A stretch of 64,000 bases of DNA from an uncultured Desulfospira sp. Lineage in GTDB: Bacteria > Desulfobacterota > Desulfobacteria > Desulfobacterales > Desulfobacteraceae. The DNA is taken from positions 5,920,001-5,984,000 of the forward strand of contig OY760175.1 of the NCBI GenBank assembly GCA_963663165.1. Reading direction: 5' to 3'. This document shows positions 20,741 to 31,403 of the stretch, one piece after another. The first letter of the stretch is position 1. Each line of letters opens with the position of its first letter. The translations under genes were made by a program, and so were the position numbers. Under the pieces are notes generated by a model that did no database searches, was not told the DNA's origin, and was given only the letters and a program-made list of their open reading frames with translations.

Positions 20741-21008
20741 CAAATTACTGTAAAATCATAGGCTATTTGATGTATTCCTGATTAACAGGGACAGTCTACA
20801 GTATTTTGGAAGGATGAATAATCAACCCAAAACAGATAGAAGTCAACGCTTAAGACCACTGTCTCTCACATGGGCAAACCGAGTTCGGGTCCATGAGGGC
20901 AATCACCATCGATATCAAAGGGTTTCTACAAATCAGCTGGAATCCCTTTTTGCTTCACCGGGCCTTTGAATATTTTGGTTTAAGCAATTGAGGGGCTGGT
21001 GATTTTTT

Positions 21009-23537
21009 TTATGTGCTAATCGGGATGGGAATTTTCACACCTATTTTTGTGGCGACCGGCGTATAGATATCCATTTTTTCTTCAGGCGTCTTGATGGTTA
21101 CGACAAGGGCGTAACGCGTTTTTTTATTCCATCTTCCAAGGTAGGCCCTTTCTCTCCACCAGCCGATGGTCGGAGAAACTGAAATCATGTTTGAGTCTGC
21201 AAGCTCAGCAGCGGTTCCTTTCCAGATATCCGAGTGGATAGAGCCTTTGTTCCTGGTCTGTGATCCGATGACCCAGTGATCTGAAGCACTTTTTGTATCG
21301 GGCTTTCCTTCATCTTCAAGCCTTGCTGCCGCGTTTACTCTTTTAACGAAGTCTTCCTGGGATTCCCCCGGAGAATTTAAATGGAACCTTAAGCCATGTG
21401 AAGCATATCTATATCTGTCTTTCCAGCCGATTTCACCGGGACCGGGTTCAATGAAATATGACAGGGTGATCCGCATCTCCACCAAGGTGCTTGACGGCAA
21501 GGCCAATAATGTTTCTTTGGGCCAGGGCAATTGATATAAGTGCATATCTTTTGTGCGATATCCACTTCCTTTCTCTTTTTTATCAAAGGGTTGAATTGTT
21601 TGCTGGGCAATCAGGGTCAGGGAATTTGCGGCACTGTATAAGGCATCCTGAAGATTGGGTACACCATAACCGCAAATCCTCATTAGCCTTTTTAAAGACG
21701 TTTTTTTATCGTCTTTTGTAAATTGATTTTTCAAATTTACCGGCCACTGTGCCGAGTGAACCATGATGGCGCGCAAGGTTTCAGGCCAGAAGTCCGGATA
21801 TTCAGATTGGATTTTTGCTGCAAACCATGCGGCATATGCTGTGGATGCACTTGTCATCCGAAAGGGATAAAAGTAACTTTCTTGTGGCTTATAATAGGTG
21901 GATAACAGCGAAAGATCGTCACATTCAGACCCAAAGCCACATTCGTCTATTGCAAAATTACCGCCCTCCATTACAATTTCAGGTTTAATGGGCCACATAT
22001 CATCCCAGATGTGTGACGTCGTGGAAAACGGGGAAAGACAATCCCTGGGTGCGATGGGCTTATACCCGGACATTGTCGGGTCATTGATCTGGTTTAATTG
22101 GGTACAGGCTCCAACCGTCACGGCATTCCAGGATTGCCCGGGATCATGGATTGAATCTGTGATCTGTGCGTCAGGGTAATTTTTTGCCACATTCAAGTCA
22201 TGGATATTCCCTGCACATACAATCAACAATCTTTGAATATCATCCTGACTGCCGGAAGCAAGCTGGTCAAGCTGCCCTGACCAGGAGCTGGGCCGTCCCT
22301 GGTCCCGGGTATCCTCGGAACTTATACCCATGCAGACGATACGATTTCTATGGGGTGCCTGTATTTCAGCACGGAATATGCCCTGGCTTGTGATATGCCC
22401 CCACAAATCGGGTTCTGTTTGCTGCGGCGGCAAGGGAAGAATTTTCACCGACTCCAAACTATGCTTGATTTCAACCGAATCTTGCCCTGCCAGGCATGCT
22501 GCTAAATCCCCGAACGCTGCCACACCGGCCATCAAGGTGCCATGTCTGTGATGAGCGTGGGTTCCCCACTCCGGATTCACTGTCTGGCAATCATCATCAG
22601 ACAACAATGGATTCAAAAGTGGATGACCATTGTTAACCCCTGTGTCAAGAATGCAGACAGATGTGTCTGAATCAAAGTTTACTTTTATTCTATCCTGAAG
22701 ATCGTCTGTCCATTCCGCCTGATGAACATTTTTCATCTCCGTCCAGAAGCCTGCTGTTTCTTTTGCGTGGCGGTATTCAGCGATATCATCAGAATAAAGG
22801 GCTAATTTTTCCAGCTGGCTTTGGTTTACCAGAATCATTTTTACAATTCGCTCAGGAAATCTTATGAAACCTGATTTTGACTGGATTTCCAGTTCTTGAA
22901 TCAACTTATCGAATCTATCCACAATTTCACGGGGACTGATATGTTCATCAAATTGCGCCCTTAACCAGACCTCACACCACTCAGGCTCATCTTTAGGAAT
23001 TAATGCCTTGTCATCCAGCCAGAATGATTCTATTGCATCAGCTTTTCTGATATCCGAGATACTGTTAATCAAATCGCTGTGTTTGGGCTTGCCTGACGCT
23101 GTTTCCTGTCCGGCATACTGTTCTATTTTGTTAAAAAACAGCTCTTTTTTTTCATTGTCCACAAAAACGGTGGCAAAGGTTGTGATGTCGTCAGGCCGGG
23201 TGTCATAAGACAATTGGGCAGGTTTGCTGCTTTCTTTTCTTACGTTCAAAAGCCGGACCTTTTTTGACTTCATCTCCTCCAGGCTCTTGGTCACCAGGTC
23301 AAAGCCGGCCTCGCCTTTGAATTCAAGGTAAACCCCTTTTCGGGTCGTGTGATGAACAACCTGTTCCGATTGTGTATCTGCCCAGGCTTGTGCCAACTTT
23401 TGCTTTAATCTGGAACTATGGCTTTGCCTGTCTCGAAAAGAGGGGATGCGTTTTTCACCGCCCCTGCTGGAAATGCTTTTAAATAGGGTTGTTTCTGGTG
23501 ATTCTTTAAGGATGATATGCGGATAATTGTCCGGCAT
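21009..23537 (-). CDS. ietS: S8 (subtilisin-like) peptidase, IetS-like
   Basis: ILDTGVN, HGTLMAG, KPEIV.EGGN, TSAS catalytic motifs; no signal peptide; downstream of an AAA ATPase. Confidence 0.88.
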   Translation of the reverse strand: MPDNYPHIILKESPETTLFKSISSRGGEKRIPSFRDRQSHSSRLKQKLAQAWADTQSEQVVHHTTRKGVYLEFKGEAGFDLVTKSLEEMKSKKVRLLNVRKESSKPAQLSYDTRPDDITTFATVFVDNEKKELFFNKIEQYAGQETASGKPKHSDLINSISDIRKADAIESFWLDDKALIPKDEPEWCEVWLRAQFDEHISPREIVDRFDKLIQELEIQSKSGFIRFPERIVKMILVNQSQLEKLALYSDDIAEYRHAKETAGFWTEMKNVHQAEWTDDLQDRIKVNFDSDTSVCILDTGVNNGHPLLNPLLSDDDCQTVNPEWGTHAHHRHGTLMAGVAAFGDLAACLAGQDSVEIKHSLESVKILPLPPQQTEPDLWGHITSQGIFRAEIQAPHRNRIVCMGISSEDTRDQGRPSSWSGQLDQLASGSQDDIQRLLIVCAGNIHDLNVAKNYPDAQITDSIHDPGQSWNAVTVGACTQLNQINDPTMSGYKPIAPRDCLSPFSTTSHIWDDMWPIKPEIVMEGGNFAIDECGFGSECDDLSLLSTYYKPQESYFYPFRMTSASTAYAAWFAAKIQSEYPDFWPETLRAIMVHSAQWPVNLKNQFTKDDKKTSLKRLMRICGYGVPNLQDALYSAANSLTLIAQQTIQPFDKKEKGSGYRTKDMHLYQLPWPKETLLALPSSTLVEMRITLSYFIEPGPGEIGWKDRYRYASHGLRFHLNSPGESQEDFVKRVNAAARLEDEGKPDTKSASDHWVIGSQTRNKGSIHSDIWKGTAAELADSNMISVSPTIGWWRERAYLGRWNKKTRYALVVTIKTPEEKMDIYTPVATKIGVKIPIPIST

Positions 23538-23546
23538 TGCAATGAA

Positions 23547-24512
23547 TTATATGCTCCAGGAGTTTGAATTCTGTCGTTCTTTCAGGGACCGGGATAACAA
23601 GGTTGCATTGGCCTTGGTTTTACCGGATAAAATAATCTCTTTGATGGTATCTTTACAGGCATAATCTATTTCCGCATGGGAGAGCCCTTTGCTCAGGCTG
23701 AGCACATTTTTCCACGCAAACCGTGAGTCCATAAAGGTTCCCATGATATTTTTGATCAATGTCTGTCTCTCCTTCTCTTGGGGAAGACGATAGTTGAGCA
23801 CATCTTCAAACCGGCGAAACAGGGCGCTGTCAAGCAGTTTCGGGTTGTTGGTGGCGGCAATAATCATACTGTCCGAGTGGTCCTGTTCAATGAACTGTAA
23901 AAAAGCGTTCAAAACCCTGCGCATTTCTCCGACATCGTTGTCCATTGACCGCTCGGCCCCGATGGCATCAAACTCATCAAAAAAATAGATGCCATGGACC
24001 TGTTTGATCATGTCAAATATCTGGCGAAGCTTGGCACTTGTCTCTCCCATGAATTTGGTGACAAGGCGGTCCACTTGAATGGTATGCAGCTTCAGGTCCA
24101 GTTCTTTGGCAAGCACCCTTGCCGTCATGGTTTTCCCGGTTCCCGGATGGCCGGAGAGCAATATTTTGCGCCGGTGCTGTAACCCATGGGCTTTTAATTT
24201 ATTCTTTTGCCTGTATTCGTGAATGATTCGATGGATTCGTTTTTCCAAAGCTTCGGGCATCACCATGGCGGATTTAGGCGTTTCAGGCGCCTCTGTCAGG
24301 ACCAGGCCCTGTAACTCACCGGGGAAGGGAATTATTAAGGCGTTTTTTTGTTGACGCCCCTTATCCACGATGTCCCGGATGGCTTTGGCAATGGCTTGAT
24401 GGCCCTGCCTGGATTCATGGGCGGCCAGTTGCAGCGAAATGGTGTAAAACCGCTCTTTATCATCACTGAAATGCGATTTTATCAAAGCCTTTATTTGTTC
24501 TGCCGTTGCCAT
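23547..24512 (-). CDS. ietA: AAA+ ATPase, IetA-like
   Basis: GHPGTGKT, FFDEFDAIG, AATN, LDSALFRRF; start at MATAEQIK. Confidence 0.9.
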   Translation of the reverse strand: MATAEQIKALIKSHFSDDKERFYTISLQLAAHESRQGHQAIAKAIRDIVDKGRQQKNALIIPFPGELQGLVLTEAPETPKSAMVMPEALEKRIHRIIHEYRQKNKLKAHGLQHRRKILLSGHPGTGKTMTARVLAKELDLKLHTIQVDRLVTKFMGETSAKLRQIFDMIKQVHGIYFFDEFDAIGAERSMDNDVGEMRRVLNAFLQFIEQDHSDSMIIAATNNPKLLDSALFRRFEDVLNYRLPQEKERQTLIKNIMGTFMDSRFAWKNVLSLSKGLSHAEIDYACKDTIKEIILSGKTKANATLLSRSLKERQNSNSWSI

Positions 24513-24606
24513 TTTCAGGGTTACCTTTGGATAAGTGTTTGTAATATTCAATATTTATCATCTGTTAATATTTTGCAATATTAAAGATTGGGGTTGGTCT
24601 GTTGAT

Positions 24607-26076
24607 TCAAGCAGGCTTTTGCCCATTAATCCGGGCGAGGAGTTCTGCTGCCGGTTCGTCTGATGGGTCTTGTGGGACGAGTTCGCCTGAAAATGCTTTT
24701 GAAAGTATCGATTGATTGAGTTCAAATATTTTTTTTGAAGAATCCTTAAGAATGTTATAAAAAATTTGAGTAGAATTAATTTTTCTTTTAAGACATGTCA
24801 CTATCTTTTTTTGCTCTTCAATTGGTGGAATTGGAACGGGTACTATTTTTAAATCTTTTAAATGAATATGTTTTAATCCTGATCCAGTTGCCTTCATGCT
24901 CATTTGACATTGTGGAGTTTGTAATATGTAGGACAGATATTCACTTATATCTGAATTTGTAGGTTTGATAAGAGCAACAGACACAAAAATAGAAAAAATT
25001 CTATTCGTATCAATTAGGCGGATCACACCTAAAGTTCCATCCTTTGATACAAGGATATCCCCTCTCTCGGGATGAGCTCTTTTTATGTATTCCTTGTGGT
25101 CACTTTCTGAAATGTAATTCAAGTTATCAAAGGATATCCCTGGTCCAGCAGTAAGATTTTTAATAGTTACAAAAGGAATACCAGTCTCAACATAGTTTGG
25201 TTTTTTATGAACCCCGTCAGTAACTTTTGTTGAAAGCATATTGATATTTGTCCAACTCCAGCCGTCAGGCAACTCCGGCAACTCATTAATATTAACAGAC
25301 TCAGGCTCTTTATATTTTGATTTCCAATTATCGTTTTTGGGTTCCTTACCCTTGGCCTTCATTTTGGCCAGTTCATTTTCCTCCCATTTTTCCCGGCGCT
25401 CTGCCCGGATACGGTCAAGCAGGACAGAAGCAGGTTCAACATCAGGATTCTTTTTCCGCCATTCTGCGGTCAGATCTCCCCGGAAAGCACTTGCCAGTAT
25501 GGATTGCCTGAGTTTGTCCAGAAGGGGTTTGGCTGCATCAAGGGCTTGTTTTGCTTTTTTGCTTTTGGCTTGGAGGACTTCTATTTTGTCAGCTATGCGT
25601 TTTTGTTCATTCAACGGAGCCACTGTGACTTTAAGCTCTTTTACAATCTGAGGTCTTGCACGCGTTAAAGAACCGCCAACACCTGAGACATTAGCGCAAA
25701 TTTCTTTGCGAACAGAGGGCTCCATTAAACGGTATTTTAAAAAATCAGAATTTACGCTTTTAGATCGGAAAACAATCCATTCTGTGCTTGCAATCTGTGT
25801 ATGATCATTTTTCCCCCCAACTTTCCAAACTCTGTTAATTCGTGGATTTATTTTGCAAAGCAGTACATCCTCAGGCTCAACCCTGATTTTATTTGATCCA
25901 ATATCTTTGCCTAACTGGTATTCTGGCTTTTCTGTTGGATATGAAGGTACGCTCCATAGTTCAAATAATTCATTAGGGTTATCAGATGGTGCTATGCTTT
26001 GAGCTTTGGTCAATCCCAACTCCTTGAGCTTTATCTCAATCCACCCTTTGGGTACATCTATAATTGAGTCCCTCAT
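24607..26076 (-). CDS. hsdS: Type I restriction-modification specificity subunit
   Basis: Two TRDs (PKGW, PELPDGW), PLNEQKRI / PPIEEQKKI, QSIL..AF.G.L conserved helices; AT-rich TRDs. Confidence 0.95.
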   Translation of the reverse strand: MRDSIIDVPKGWIEIKLKELGLTKAQSIAPSDNPNELFELWSVPSYPTEKPEYQLGKDIGSNKIRVEPEDVLLCKINPRINRVWKVGGKNDHTQIASTEWIVFRSKSVNSDFLKYRLMEPSVRKEICANVSGVGGSLTRARPQIVKELKVTVAPLNEQKRIADKIEVLQAKSKKAKQALDAAKPLLDKLRQSILASAFRGDLTAEWRKKNPDVEPASVLLDRIRAERREKWEENELAKMKAKGKEPKNDNWKSKYKEPESVNINELPELPDGWSWTNINMLSTKVTDGVHKKPNYVETGIPFVTIKNLTAGPGISFDNLNYISESDHKEYIKRAHPERGDILVSKDGTLGVIRLIDTNRIFSIFVSVALIKPTNSDISEYLSYILQTPQCQMSMKATGSGLKHIHLKDLKIVPVPIPPIEEQKKIVTCLKRKINSTQIFYNILKDSSKKIFELNQSILSKAFSGELVPQDPSDEPAAELLARINGQKPA

Positions 26077-26077
26077 C

Positions 26078-27505
26078 TTATTGATCCTCACCATTTTCAA
26101 GAATCAATGTCAATTTTTCCATTTCTTCCATTGCTACTTTGAGATGTTCCATAATCTCAGCAGCAATAATTTCAGGTTCCGGTAACTTCTCCCCATTCCC
26201 GGTACTATCATCCTGCAGCCAGGAAATATCCAGATTATCACCACGGGATTTGATGGTGTCTCTGTCAAATACCCGGAACCGTCCTTTTCCCCCCTGGTCG
26301 GTTCTTGGGCTCAACCCCATAGGATCATCACCAAAGGCCGCTTCAAACGCTTTGAAATGTTCCCGGGTCAAAGGCGTCCGCTTGCCAAAGGGCGGCATAT
26401 TGGTCCGCAAGTCATAGACCCAGACCTCTTTGGTGTTGTCCTTTTCCGTGGTTCCCCTGGAAAAGAACAGGACATTGGTTTTAACCCCCTGGGCATAAAA
26501 GATCCCCGTGGGAAGGCGCAGGATCGTGTGCAGGTTGCATTTGTGCATCAGGTCGGCCCGGACTTTCTGTCCCACATTATCCTCAAACAATACGTTGTCC
26601 GGCAGAACCACGGCGGCTCTGCCCCCTGGCTTCAATCCCCTGTAGATATGCTGTAAAAATGCCAGCTGTTTATTGCTGGTGGGATAGGTGAACTCCCGGG
26701 TTGGTGCACCGCCGCCTTTTTTGGTGCCAAAGGGGGGATTGGTCATGATGATATCTGCTTTGGGCAGGGCGGCTCCGGCTGATCCAAGGGTGTTGCCCAA
26801 CTGCAAAGGCCCTGCAATATCATGGAGCATCATGTTCATCAACGCCAGGCGGTGGGCATCCTGGACCAGCTCCATGCCGCACAGGGCCTGGTTGCGCTGA
26901 AAATTCTGGGCATCTTCGGACAGGTCATACAGATCATCGGTTCGCTCTTTGATATACCGGTCTGCCATGAGCAGGAAGCCCCCGGTTCCGGCGGCAGGGT
27001 CCTGGATCACTTCACCGGGTCGGGGTTTAACCAGCTCCACAATGGACTCAATCAACGGCCTGGGGGTAAAGTATTGCCCGGCACCGCTTTTTTTCTCATT
27101 GGCGTTTTTTTCAAGAAGACCTTCATACATATCCCCAAGGCCTTCCTGGCGGGCGCTGTACCAGTCCAGATCATCAATATTCTGGATCAGTTTATTCAGG
27201 TTTCTGGGATGCCTTAACGTGGTTGTGGCGTTGGCGTATATCGCCTGAACCCGGCCGCTGCTTTTACTTCCCAGTTCCACCAGCATAATGCGGTAAAAGT
27301 CCAACTGGTCCACGCCGTCTTTAACTTTCAGGTCGTCCCAGCGATATGCTTCCGGCAGTTGATTTTCGGTGCCGGTCTCTTTTGCCATTTTCAAAAAAAG
27401 AATATATGTCAGTTCGGTGACATATTGATGGTAGGTGATACCGTCATCTCTGAGGATGTCACAAAACCCCCAAAGCTTTTTTACAATATCCTGTGTTGTT
27501 GCCAT
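26078..27505 (-). CDS. hsdM: Type I R-M N6-adenine methyltransferase
   Basis: GAGQYFTPR, DPAAGTGGFL, NPPFG. Confidence 0.97.
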   Translation of the reverse strand: MATTQDIVKKLWGFCDILRDDGITYHQYVTELTYILFLKMAKETGTENQLPEAYRWDDLKVKDGVDQLDFYRIMLVELGSKSSGRVQAIYANATTTLRHPRNLNKLIQNIDDLDWYSARQEGLGDMYEGLLEKNANEKKSGAGQYFTPRPLIESIVELVKPRPGEVIQDPAAGTGGFLLMADRYIKERTDDLYDLSEDAQNFQRNQALCGMELVQDAHRLALMNMMLHDIAGPLQLGNTLGSAGAALPKADIIMTNPPFGTKKGGGAPTREFTYPTSNKQLAFLQHIYRGLKPGGRAAVVLPDNVLFEDNVGQKVRADLMHKCNLHTILRLPTGIFYAQGVKTNVLFFSRGTTEKDNTKEVWVYDLRTNMPPFGKRTPLTREHFKAFEAAFGDDPMGLSPRTDQGGKGRFRVFDRDTIKSRGDNLDISWLQDDSTGNGEKLPEPEIIAAEIMEHLKVAMEEMEKLTLILENGEDQ

Positions 27506-27514
27506 GATTTTCCT

Positions 27515-30500
27515 TTATCCCATGGCCGTATCTTTCCAGAGTTCATCACTGATCCGGCCCAATATTTCATTCATTTGGCCGTTAAATATCTTATTCAAGC
27601 GATTAAATCCACCCTGATCTTTGAACCTGCCGCTGTCCAGGGATGCGCGGTCCACAATGGTCTCCTGTTCCAGTTGCTTGCCGATTCTTTCCAGCCACTT
27701 TCTTTGGGGATCGGTCCAGGGTTGGCTTGCAAGAATGGCATCCATGGCATATTTTACCCTGTCTTGGTAAGGGATCAGCGGAGATCCCAATACAGACTGC
27801 CGGATAAACCCAATGATGGATGCTGCAATTTCAACATTATTGGCATCTTTCCAGGCGGTTTTCAGGGTCATTTCATTGTATCCTTCGCGGTCCAGGATCA
27901 ATCGAAGCTCCTTGAGCTGTTCCCGGGTTAAATCCCTGGGTTTTGTCGTGACCACCATAATGGCGGGGATTTTATTTTTGTTTTCAGTCAGGTATTTTCC
28001 AAAGGATTCAAGATAGTCTTCGGGCTTTTTATGCACAGCATACCCGTGGGAGACGTTGATCACTTCATCCCCATGGCCGGATATCAGCAACACCTTTTCT
28101 TTGTCGGCCTTCAGGCTATCAAGAAACTTGGGAAGATCCGGTCTTGCCGCAAAATATTCTTTAATTTTTTGCCCGGACATCTTCATCCATTGTCTGGCTG
28201 CGATTTCAGGGGTATTGCCCGTCAGCGATTTGAACTGATCCAATGCGCTATCTGTGATCAGACGCTTTTTATACTGCATTTTGGCAACGATCTGGTCCCG
28301 TATTTCCATGCGAAGACCTTCATCGTCCACCTTTTCAAGCTCCTGGGCCAATTGTGCAAAGGTGATTTTAGGGTTCACCACCACAGGTTTCATGGTGGAA
28401 TAGGGTTCCAGGGCGGAGTAAAGGTCTACGGCATCAAATATACGAAAGAAATCCTTATTGGTCTCATCACATGGCCGGGTGGCCCTGCCGATCATCTGCT
28501 CATACAAAATTCTGCTTTTTACCCGCCGGATGAACACCAGATTGACGATTTCAGGCACATCAATGCCGGTGGTAAGCAAGTCTACTGTAACGGCAACACA
28601 GGGAAGCTTTTCCAGCTTATACCGCCGGATCTTTTCCAGGGGCTTATCTGCTGCTGCGGTGATTTTCACCACGGCATCATCATCCACAAAACCGTACTGG
28701 CCCTCAAAGGCCTCTTTGAGCAGCGTGACCACCATGTCGGCATGGCTGTCCGTGGCACAGAATATCAGTGTTTTTCCGGGCAATGCCGGATCAATATGCC
28801 TGGCAAGTTCCTCACAGACCACCTTGTTAAAGTTTTCCGTGATCACAAAGGTGTTGAACTTTTCCACCTCAATGGTGACTTCATCCGGTGTTTTATGGGT
28901 GGAAAGCTGTCCTGTATTGACATGATAGACCGCCATTTCTTCATTGACTTGCCAGGTGATACCGTTATCTGACAGCCTGGTTTTAATGCAGATGGGCGGT
29001 TCATGGTCCCGAAGATATCCTTCAATGACGGCCTGCCGGTAAGAGTAGGTAAAAACCGGGTCGTCAAAAATTTGTGTGGTGTGCAGTGCCGGTGTGGCGG
29101 TCAGACCGATTTTAACCGCATCAAAATGGTCCAGGACCTTTGTGTATTTTGATATATAGTCCCGTTCACTGCGAAAGGTCAGTTCCCCTTCGGTCATTTC
29201 CCGGTCCAGGGCATATCCTCTGTGACACTCATCCACAATAATGCAGTCATACTGATCTACGGCCAAGGGCCGGGTATCTTCTGCGGGATACAATAACCGG
29301 CGGATCATCCCCTGGATGGTGGCGATATGCAGGCGGGTATCTTTTTCCGGGGTAATATCCCCCAGCTCTTTGAGGTCGTATATATCTGAAAAGGATTGAA
29401 GGTTTTCCAGCTTCACATCTTTGAACGCTCCGGCAGCCTGTTCCCCTAAGGAGGTCCGATCCACGAGAAATAGAATCCGTCGGAACCGTTTGGCCTTCAG
29501 CAGTCTGTATGACAGGCCGATGCAGGTACGGGTTTTGCCGGTGCCGGTGGCCATGGCCAATAATATCTGCTGTTTTTCATCCGCTATGGCCTTTTCAGCG
29601 GCTTTAATGGCCTTAAGCTGATACTCCCTTAATCCCAGATAGTCGGTGGGCTCTTTGTCCAGCTTGTCATGGGCATCGGGTACATCAATATTAAGAAGCC
29701 CTTTAAGGCCTTCGGGGGTGTACCATGAATCCAGGGGCCTGGAATGATTGGTTGAAAGCCGTCCATCCAGAAACCATATCCCGCTTTTGGTCTTTAACTG
29801 TCTTAAAAAAGGCCTGCCGTTGGTGGCAAAAAGAAACGGCACTTTATAGTTGCCCCATGGGCCACCGGCCAGTTCCCATCCATTTCCTTTTTCAAAGCCT
29901 TCGCTGTAACGTTTTGCTTGCTCTATGGACCCGCAGACATCTTTATTTTTCCGTTTGGCTTCAACAATGCCAATGGCGGTGAGCCCCGCAAACAGAACAT
30001 AATCGGCCCGGCCTTTGCAGTTATCCACCGGCCATTCAGCAATGGCTATATTTTTTCCGTTTTGGGGACGAACGCCTTTTTTATAAGTCAGATTTTTAGT
30101 GTCCGCATCCCAACCGGCCTCTTGAAGCTGGGTATCAATGATTTTTCTGGTATCAGCCTCATTCAGGTCAATTTCTTCATCCGCTGTTGCCGCTTTCGCA
30201 AGGGCAAGGCTGACCGTCTCGGGTTTGGCTTTTGCCTGGGCCTTAAGCTGGTTTATATATTCCTGATGCTTTTGTTTTTCAGCTAGCAGCTGCTCTTCTG
30301 TCTCTTCCGCAAGATTTAAGGCGGCATTCAGGTCTTCATAAATTTTTTGAATTTCTATCTCCTGCTGATCCGCCAGTGCTGCCTTTTCCCGGGCTTTGGC
30401 CAATTGTTGCCTGAGCTGTTTAAGCTCTTTTTTCAGCTCTGCATCTGCCTGGGAAGGATCAGGCGGAGGAATAAAGGAACCTTTGGCAAGATTCGGATTT

Positions 30501-30889
30501 TTACCAAAGGATTTATGGAACCAGACCGCCAGTTCTCTTGCCATCCGCAAATGATGCAGGGCTTCGCCTTGATTTCCGGCAAGTTCATGAACGGCTTTGT
30601 TGCCGGTTTTTCGCAGGGCGTGAAAAAGCTGAGATGCTTTGGGAGGTACTGTATTCTCATATTCAAGTTTTCTTAATACCATGACAGCGGTATCTTCAGG
30701 ACAAATATCCAGACCCGTTCTTGCGGCTAACTCCTGTGCCAACAATTCCCCAAATTGACGAAGCTTGATTAAAGCCGTGTTGGGGTCATCAAAGACATAG
30801 CGTTCTGCTAACACTGCGCATTGAAAAAGAAGTGCATTGTATTCAGACAAAAAAAAGAAATTTGGAGACTTGATTACGGTCGTATCCAT
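27515..30889 (-). CDS. hsdR: Type I restriction enzyme R subunit (EcoKI-like)
   Basis: ADYVLF...VEAKR nuclease, MATGTGKT, DECHRG, TATP, LLTTGIDVP, QMIGRATR. Confidence 0.97.
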   Translation of the reverse strand: MDTTVIKSPNFFFLSEYNALLFQCAVLAERYVFDDPNTALIKLRQFGELLAQELAARTGLDICPEDTAVMVLRKLEYENTVPPKASQLFHALRKTGNKAVHELAGNQGEALHHLRMARELAVWFHKSFGKNPNLAKGSFIPPPDPSQADAELKKELKQLRQQLAKAREKAALADQQEIEIQKIYEDLNAALNLAEETEEQLLAEKQKHQEYINQLKAQAKAKPETVSLALAKAATADEEIDLNEADTRKIIDTQLQEAGWDADTKNLTYKKGVRPQNGKNIAIAEWPVDNCKGRADYVLFAGLTAIGIVEAKRKNKDVCGSIEQAKRYSEGFEKGNGWELAGGPWGNYKVPFLFATNGRPFLRQLKTKSGIWFLDGRLSTNHSRPLDSWYTPEGLKGLLNIDVPDAHDKLDKEPTDYLGLREYQLKAIKAAEKAIADEKQQILLAMATGTGKTRTCIGLSYRLLKAKRFRRILFLVDRTSLGEQAAGAFKDVKLENLQSFSDIYDLKELGDITPEKDTRLHIATIQGMIRRLLYPAEDTRPLAVDQYDCIIVDECHRGYALDREMTEGELTFRSERDYISKYTKVLDHFDAVKIGLTATPALHTTQIFDDPVFTYSYRQAVIEGYLRDHEPPICIKTRLSDNGITWQVNEEMAVYHVNTGQLSTHKTPDEVTIEVEKFNTFVITENFNKVVCEELARHIDPALPGKTLIFCATDSHADMVVTLLKEAFEGQYGFVDDDAVVKITAAADKPLEKIRRYKLEKLPCVAVTVDLLTTGIDVPEIVNLVFIRRVKSRILYEQMIGRATRPCDETNKDFFRIFDAVDLYSALEPYSTMKPVVVNPKITFAQLAQELEKVDDEGLRMEIRDQIVAKMQYKKRLITDSALDQFKSLTGNTPEIAARQWMKMSGQKIKEYFAARPDLPKFLDSLKADKEKVLLISGHGDEVINVSHGYAVHKKPEDYLESFGKYLTENKNKIPAIMVVTTKPRDLTREQLKELRLILDREGYNEMTLKTAWKDANNVEIAASIIGFIRQSVLGSPLIPYQDRVKYAMDAILASQPWTDPQRKWLERIGKQLEQETIVDRASLDSGRFKDQGGFNRLNKIFNGQMNEILGRISDELWKDTAMG

Positions 30890-31307
30890 TTTTACTGAAC
30901 CTGAACAATGAGTGTTATTTTTGAATTATCTCATGTACCCATCTTCAATATCTGTTAATTGCCGCGAAATCAACAAAATATAGTAATATTATGGAAGTTT
31001 CTCGACTTCAATCCTATCCGTAAAAGCGAACATTATCGGCCCATATAATATTCTAGATATTGGATAGACCATTGCTTTTAATAAACCAAAGGAAATACAG
31101 ATGTGAAACAAAATCATCTACGTGTGGTAGGGTAATGCAAAAGCATTCTGTTTCTGATCGCTGAAACATAAAACATGAAAGTATTTTTTGAAAGAATGTT
31201 TAAACTTTTCACCGCAGACTATGTCAAAAACCGAATCCTTCCAATGATGCGTTCAAAGGTCAGGACTATTATTAAAAGTCTGAGGGAGGGGGTAAGAATC
31301 TGGCATT

Positions 31308-31355
31308 GGGCACAGAATCAGGTACGAAAATCAAACCGGGCACAGATTGGGCACA
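31308..31355. repeat. Three GGGCACA direct repeats, possible integrase arm-type sites
   Basis: GGGCACA at 31308, 31338, 31349, immediately beyond the tRNA terminator at the island edge. Confidence 0.55.
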
Positions 31356-31363
31356 AAAATTAA

Positions 31364-31396
31364 AAAAGGCTTACGGTGATTTCCCGTAAGCCTTTT
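31364..31396 (-). terminator. Intrinsic terminator after tRNA-Val
   Basis: aaaaggcttacgg-N7-ccgtaagcctttt with T-runs on both strands. Confidence 0.8.
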
Positions 31397-31403
31397 GTTT
31401 TTC

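Noticed and set aside
20875..20952. Second att site (tRNA 3' end duplicate) for the island
   Set aside because: GTTCG...CACCA plus a hairpin is vaguely tRNA-end-like, but it does not match the tRNA-Val 3' sequence and is on the opposite strand.
31175..31363. Integrase remnant ORF beside the tRNA
   Set aside because: No recognisable tyrosine-recombinase motifs in this ORF.
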